Positions 56,708-64,000 of a stretch of 64,000 nt of DNA are shown piece after piece (the first letter of the stretch is position 1; each line of letters begins with the position of its first letter). The notes under the pieces were generated by a model that was not told the DNA's origin, did no database searches, and saw nothing but the letters and a program-made list of their open reading frames with translations. The stretch comes from Eledone cirrhosa (Eukaryota), in contig OZ024742.1 of assembly GCA_964016885.1 (NCBI GenBank), positions 98,518,001 through 98,582,000 on the forward strand. Direction: 5' to 3'. A program made the position numbers and the translations under genes.

Positions 56708-57733
56708 AATAAATTGCACAAAATGTTCCTGTATTGCAGCCCCACATTATACCCTAACGGATGGTACGATATGTACGCGGATATTTTACGTCGTGATGTG
56801 GTAGCTAAGTATATGTTATGTTTATACCATTACTTATTTGCATAGGTATGTATATATTACCTGTATGTTTTGTGAAGGTACGTATACTTTCTCATACGTA
56901 TATTTGATTGTATATGTTATATATTCTGGTACATATCCTTTTGGTTATGTGTATACGTGAATGTTGCGTCTGTGTGAGTATGCGGGTTCGTACGTATGTA
57001 GGGTGTGTGTATATGTGTACTTCTTGTTTTGGTTGACGTAGTCTCCGAACATTTATGTATTTACATGTAGGTATGTTTGTGCGCTTGTTATATACGTATT
57101 TATTTATTTATATACCTTTATTTAATTATTTGTATACACGCACACACACGCACACATATTTATATGTGCGCGTATTTGTATACCTATGTATGCTTGTGTA
57201 TGTACGTATATGGATGCGTGTATGTATTTATTTAATTTCTATTACCTCTGTATTTTATTTACTTTATTCTTAACTCTGAAGCCGAGAATCGTTCGGTTTC
57301 CTAGTTAGAATTTTAGACTACGACTTCAGCTATACCATTTACGTGGTTTCATCTTTGCGTGCAATTGTTCTCCACGCTCCACATATGACCTATTATCTTC
57401 GTTTTTTCCGTTCATTGCCAGAGAACGTCTCTATGAACCACCTAAGAGAATATTAGTCTACCACTTCTTTTATACCATAAACGTGGTCTGTCTTTGCGTG
57501 TAATTGTTTTTCACCGCTCCAAATAATGACGTATTATAATCGTTTTTTCCCGTTCTTTACCAGGGAACGTTTCCACGAACCAAAGCATCGTCTTCATGTC
57601 TTACTCCGGTTGCAACGTATTTTGAAATATTCACTTCTGCGTTCACAGATTGATTTTGTTAGTTTCAGAAGATCCCGTTAAGGGTGAAAGCAGCGATTCT
57701 TTGCTTAAACTTTAATCTGTTATTTTAATAAAT
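56708..57733 (+). mobile_element. Penelope-like family B 3' fragment
   Basis: Starts in the last ORF codons (SPTLYPNG) and is colinear with 31955-33232. Confidence 0.8.
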
Positions 57734-57868
57734 ATATATATACATTACAAAATAACAGTAGGCATGTTCTGGTGTAAATCCTTGAAAAATTTACACAGAA
57801 CATGCCTTCTGTTATTTTGCAATAATTAACTCCGTACTAGACACACGATTTACTGTGTTTATTACTAC

Positions 57869-57933
<65 letters not shown>

Positions 57934-58062
57934 ACAATAAATCGTGTGTCTAAATTTACGAAGGTTCAAATACCACAATTGTTTGAGAAATTCAATCAGA
58001 AACAGACGGAATATACATAAAATAAAATAAAATACATACAGACCGCCTCAATAACTATTACA

Positions 58063-58148
58063 TCTCCCGGACAGATTATGGATTTAATCTGTTTCGCCCT
58101 GAGAATTGTGTTTGCAACAGATATTCCGTGGGCATCATCAGCAAGAGA
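58063..58148 (-). ncRNA. Type I hammerhead ribozyme within a ~470 bp unit (57838-58430)
   Basis: tctcttg-CTGATGA-t-gccc...gggc-GAAA-cagatta/aatcca/taatctg-TC-cgggaga. The unit end is repeated at 57930 and 58398 and inverted at 57838. Confidence 0.9.
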
Positions 58149-58723
58149 ATAGATTAAATGAAACAAACACAAGTCAAAAGCCACACGAATGAATATTTCA
58201 CCTCGTGTGCTAGAAGTCAAAAGTGGCATGAGTGGCTAGAAACAATAGCCTAATACACCCAACTTATAGTCTCACCTTGTAGGCAGCCGAAATACAGAAA
58301 TACAAATAAAAGGCAGAGTTAATAACTCATACTGATACCTTGTAATTAACAAGCTCAAAGTATAAATACTGAGCATTTCAATAATATATGTAGTAATAAA
58401 CACTGTAAATCGTGTATCTAAAATTACGATATATTAATAGCATAAAATTAAACAAGGGATCAAATAAATGGAGAAATAAATGAAGCAGGGGAATAATATT
58501 ATTAATACTCTTTGCTTTATTTCAACTTTTCACATTGGTAATGTTTTCTGCCTAGAGTACTGGATCCCGTAAATTTTAAGGAGTTGTTACTCAGAGAAAC
58601 AGCAGGGTTTCAGTTTGAATAGGTGGAAATATGATACGATTAAGAATTGAACTGAATTGTAGACAATCGGCTTTGAAGATGTTTACCTACAACTATACAT
58701 ATATCATTGCATTTTTATATTAT

Positions 58724-59025
58724 ACTAGAAGTGGTACCTGGCGTTGCACGGGATAAGGTATTTTGGAACGCGGGGCGTCAGCAGACATAATCGTGGAAAA
58801 ACTGCATGCTTGGACAATATGTAACGAAATAAACCGAATACTCTGATGGCTGGATAATTTTAAAGATTTAACCTCGATGAAGCAGGAAAAATGCAGGTTT
58901 TCACCTAATGCGGGCCTTAGTGTATCAAGAAAATGAATTTTTTTTATGTGCATAATATGTCTTGAAATTTCGGGAAAATCAGCTACACGTAACGCCTCAA
59001 TTTTTGCACATAAAAAAAATTCATA
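58724..59025 (-). mobile_element. Helitron 3' end (same family as 38381-40633)
   Basis: Minus strand CCCGTGCAACGCCAGGTACCACTT-CTAG-T, homologous to ~40420-40633. Confidence 0.8.
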
Positions 59026-59030
59026 GTTTA

Positions 59031-61115
59031 ATGGATATGATCATGGAGATCAAATTTACAAAACGTAAAAACAATAAACTACAGAATGACATCACGGCAC
59101 TGCTCAATAATCTAAAAAACGCCAATGGAATTATTGTTAGAGCAGACAAAACATCAAACGTATATACCATGGATGTGGACACTTACAATAACTTCATCCG
59201 TAAGGAATTGCATAAAAAATGCAGGAAAACTAATGAAGCCACACTTAAAAACATCAACAACTCGGCATGTGATATTGTTAAAAAACTTTGTATTGACGAT
59301 AGAACGCAACCCTTAACACCAGCTATACCATCCTTCAACCTGAAGGACCACAAGGTAAACTTCGATACTAACCCTAATATTAGACTTATATGCCCCTCTA
59401 AATCTGATATAGGTTAAATTAGCAAATATATACTAGACAGAATTATCCCCCAAGTTAAGGTTAAAGTAGAGATTAAACTATGGGGTAACACTCATGAAGC
59501 AATAAGATGGTTTAACAACATTACTGATAAGAAAAAATCAAAATTTATTCAGTTTGATATTGATGAATATTATTCCTCAATTTCACCTGATACTCTACAT
59601 GAAGCTCTTTCGTTCGCTAAGGATAATTCCGACCTTACGGATGCTGAAATTAAAATTATTATGGAAGCGAGAAAAACTATAGTTAAATTCGATGATAGCT
59701 ACTGGGTTCGCAAAGATAGACCTTCTAATTTTGATATCACTATGGGTTCTAATGATTCGGCGGAAGTAACAGATCTTGTGGGAATTTATATCACCCACAG
59801 ATTACAAGGAAAATTCAAGGATCTCCGCGGTGGAATTTACCGTGACGATGCGCTCCTATTAGTTAAGCATATGAATAACCAGAATTTAGAAAGGATGCGT
59901 AAAAATATCAGAAAACTTTTTAAAGAACTAGGATTAAATATTACATTTGAATATAACCTCAAAGAGGTCAATTTCCTTGATGTTACTTTCAATCTCAATA
60001 CAGATACGATTAAACCGTTCCATAAACTAAATGAGAACCTTAAATATGTAAATACGAGTTCTAACCATCCACTCTCTATAATTAAATCCATCCCTAGAAA
60101 TGTTTCTCTTAGAATCTCCCGCCTATCGTCCAACCAACAAACCTTCAAAGAACATGCCGAGTATTATGATGATGCACTTAGGTTAGCCGGTCACCTAGAT
60201 AATATAGAGTATATAGTCAATGATCACCAAAACACCCAAAATAAATCACATAGGAGTAGAAATAGCACAAAATCACCACCATACATACACTACCGCAATA
60301 GACACAATAATAGTCGCACACCACCAAACAGAAGGCGATGTAAGGAGTATATCTGGTACAACCCGGTCTATAACAAATCTATTAAAACCAATCTACCCTC
60401 AAAATTCTTTCGATTAGTTAGAAAACACTTTCCAACATCACATAAATATAATAAAATCTTAAACCCTAACACTATTCGACTTTCATATTCAACCGCCCCT
60501 AATATTGAACAACATATAAAAAAGCTTAACGCAAAACGGTTGTATAAACGCCTTCCAACACATAACAATACACGTAAAACATTAGCTATAACATCACAAA
60601 ACAACAAACAACATCCTGTCCTACATAAGCAACCTCATCAACCCATCCATGGCAATACAACAACGCAAAATTGTAATTGCAACTGTATCCAACCAGGAAT
60701 GTGTCCGTTGAACAATCAGTGTCTTGAACGCAACATCGTATACAAATGTACTATCGAATCGGATAGACAGAAGTGGTACTATGTGGGATCTACAGCCACC
60801 TCCTTCAAATCACGCCTTTATAGACATCGTTATTCGATAAAACATGAAAACCAGCGTTATGTAACAACACTCGCAGACAAGGCTTGGCAGCTGCGTGAAA
60901 ATAACCAACAATTTCACCTAAAATGGGATATAATAGCGACTGCCCCCCCCCCCCCATATTCCAATGGACAGGAATTTTGTAAATTATGTAATGTAGAATT
61001 ATTTTGTATTATGAAATCCAAAAACATTTTATTAAATAACAGAATAGAGCGATCGTTATACTGTAACCATCGCTTAAAATCTACATTTTCATATTATAAA
61101 TACTACCAGGATTGA
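59031..61115 (+). pseudogene. Penelope-like (Naiad-type) RT plus GIY-YIG ORF with one in-frame TAA (59415)
   Basis: ADKT, LKDHK..F..NP.IRLI.P, QFDIDEYYSSI, ITMGSNDSAE, IYRDD, VNFLDV, CNC..CPL...C, IVYKC..YYVGST, CKLC..E..CNH. ORFs 58962 and 59661 share a frame. Confidence 0.92.
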
Positions 61116-61860
61116 ACGCCTGTCTCTATCCCCGTTTTATTGTCAAAATAGATATGAACATTCTTTATTAGTCTTAATTCTATCAACTCTTCTATTATTT
61201 ACCTTTTAATACAAACTGCTATAGATAAAATGAGATTTCTGATTTCTTGATTCAATTCCCTAGTGCATATACCAGCTGGATACTAGCATTGATGTTATTT
61301 AGTAGCAATCGAAATCTCCCCCTTCCCCAATTGACACTTTATAGTTAATACTAATGCACCAAATGACCAGCCCTGTCCACTGTTCCCTGTCCACTGTCCA
61401 GTTGGTCAAGTAGAGATTAAAATTGGCACTCCCAAAATTCTTATTTAGATTTACTCATTAAAAACCCATTATATACTTGTTTAGCAGTAAATTATTTTAC
61501 CATCTGTCATATTCTATCCCCTCTGTTCCTTCCTCTTTTACTAATATAAATACTTCAATTTTTCTGATTTTATCCAGTTTATCCAAAATCTCTGAAGAAG
61601 TGACAACTGATTATACATTTGCTATCGAATACTTGCTAACATTATATGATTACGCAAGCAGCGATACATAGGTATTCCGTCTGTTACAGAAACATATGTC
61701 AATACCTAATAAATTCCTTTTTTAACAAAAGCACTTTCATTTTATATTCATCCTTTCTACATTTCTCCGGAATATAATTTATACTCGTTGAGCAAACCTG
61801 CACGTACGCTGTTCATCTCTAACGTAACGATATATTATCACTACATTATTGATAACCTGA

Positions 61861-61913
<53 letters not shown>

Positions 61914-62325
61914 TAAAAATTATTCCGTGTTGAATCGGAGGTAACCACTGTAAGTAAGGTACTCAAGACAGCAGAGGATAAACGTTTTAAGATAGAGGAG
62001 ATCCTACAGGAATCTCATCTATATTAAAATCCTGGTTTCACTTCAGTCGATTTTCCCAGAAAGAGAGAGGGGGAAAGACGTGTTGGGAGTAGAAAGAATA
62101 TTAGAAAGAAGAATAATCGACATCAGTACAGAACAGGTGTTTTCATCCTAAAGTATGAGAATCAAAAGTTAACTACGGCATAACTTATTGAGGCAAAATG
62201 ACTTCGACGGTTGAATGAACCCATTAATTCGAGTATATATATATATATATGCAGTATATATATGTATATTCGTATGCATATATATACATATGTAAGCCCG
62301 TGTGTGAGTGAGGATATATATATAA

Positions 62326-62506
62326 ATAATTGTTTCTACTTTTGGCACAAGGCCAGCAATTATCTCAATGTATTACTGGTACTTTATTTTATCGACCCCG
62401 TAATGATGAAAGGCAAAGTTTACCACGGCGGGATTTGAACTCAGCCCATAAAGAGCCGTAATTCTTTGCTGCAAAGCATAGTGTCAGACTCAACCGATAC
62501 TGCCAA
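62326..62506 (-). mobile_element. Full-length tRNA-type SINE
   Basis: Minus strand TGGCAGTATCGG ... GAGTTCAAATCC ... GCCTTTCATCATTACGGGGTCGATAAA ... AAACAATTATT. Confidence 0.75.
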
Positions 62507-62785
62507 ATAATAATAGTAATGAGAGAGTAAAATATATCAGATAATAACGGATAAAATACCACCCCTGTAAAGAATATAAAGACTAGATTCTTTAATTTAA
62601 TTTATATATACCGTTTCATCCGTAGTTTTTATGATCCTTACCAGGGTGGCATTTTATCCCTTATTATCTCATATTTTACTGTGTATATTTCTCTCATTAC
62701 TGTGATTTATAAAGAGCTCGGAATCCCCTCCTTGAAAATGATTGGATCGTAGTGGATTATTGTGAGTTTTTAACTCGACCATTTG

Positions 62786-62877
<92 letters not shown>

Positions 62878-62990
62878 GCTTTAAACTAATTATCTTCATT
62901 GTACACCATCATTTCCCTCTTTTGTTTATTCGTTTGGTTTTCCCGGACACAAAGACACAATCTAACACACATATATGCAGACATACATGC

Positions 62991-63029
<39 letters not shown>

Positions 63030-64000
63030 CAGTACCTTGATAAAAAATGATGATGTAAATCAATGTTTGCCCACCCTGTGTTTCCAGGCGAGAATAAAAC
63101 AGCTTCTATATGTGAAAATATCTATTCCTTAATGTAGCCGGAAATTCCATCTTAATAATTATTTCCTTGTGTGGTCAAAGTGTATTTCTCAATGAGAAAA
63201 AAAGTAGCTCGTGTTTATTTTACTTGTAAAAACAAAATATTGAGCTGGCTAGATTCTTTTAAATCACCTGCACATGTATCAATATCACCACTGGAATCAA
63301 AGATCTAAAATCCATATATTCTGTTTGATTTCGTGATATGGAACCAATACATTTCTCATTTTTTTATTCACAATGTGAGATGAGAAATTTCCGAGTTTGT
63401 TTTCCTTTGATCTGTTGTCTCACACGATTTTTATTGTTTTGTAACGTCAAACTCCTGTTCGGCCGCGCAGTTTGAGTTTTGTTTGCTTTACTCAATTACT
63501 TTCAAATTGCATTTCACATCATACGAGTTCCATTTTTCTCTCCAACGTCATTTTATGTTAGATAAACTTATCAGCTTATAAAGTTACAAAGAACACTAAT
63601 TGTATTGTTATTGTCTAATCATGACACCAAACAGAAATTGTAAAGGCTAACTACATTCCCTTTTTTATTGCATTGCTATTGTCATATTTAATGTTAAATA
63701 AAACTTTTAGTCACTCACTTCAAACGCAAGTTTCACCACACACCCACTTGTTGGTATATAGTTACGTCAACCTATCGGCAGAAATATTTGTGGATAGTGA
63801 ATCGTTGTTTGAAATCATACTGTTTGCATTAATCAGTAATATCATATTTTGATCCAAGAGAGGAACAGTATACCCAGGTAATCAGATAATGGATGTAGCA
63901 TAGATGAATGATTACGAAATTTGCTTTCCAAATATGAGGTCATGGGTTCAATACAACTGTGTGGTGTTTTATCAAGTGTCTTTTACCAAAGAATCGGTGC

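Noticed and set aside
57660-57700. Hammerhead-like CAGAAGA-tccc/gttaa/gggt-GAAA in family B (also ~33166 and ~5030)
   Set aside because: U4 is A, there is no UH cleavage site and no stem I. At best a dead relic.
61115-61400. SECIS element downstream of the Naiad-type ORF
   Set aside because: No convincing AUGA/GA quartet with an apical AA loop, and the ORF has no in-frame TGA.

Overview
This is AT-rich eukaryotic intergenic or intronic DNA, densely packed with (TA)n microsatellites. The repeat content suggests a mollusc, probably an octopus-like cephalopod (inference). No intact host gene was found. (1) A ~16 kb cluster of non-LTR retrotransposons (10.1-26.1 kb) is joined almost entirely by (TTA)n tracts. 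It holds an essentially intact two-ORF Tx1/L1-clade LINE, a degraded full-length second copy, a related 3' fragment, and two antisense R4/Dong-clade RLE elements. (2) There are several Penelope-like (Naiad-type RT + GIY-YIG) elements. One has a frameshifted histone H2B sequence lying antisense in its apparent 3' region. (3) About seven unrelated sequence families carry type I hammerhead ribozyme folds. Most are 300-520 bp units in tandem-plus-inverted arrays anchored in (TA)n. One family also carries an octamer motif and another has a U3-A8 core variant. (4) Fragments of mariner, Helitron, RTE and CR1-like elements and tRNA-type SINEs are also present. Most short ORFs in the supplied track are microsatellite artefacts. 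All RNA folds were assigned by eye and need computational and biochemical confirmation.
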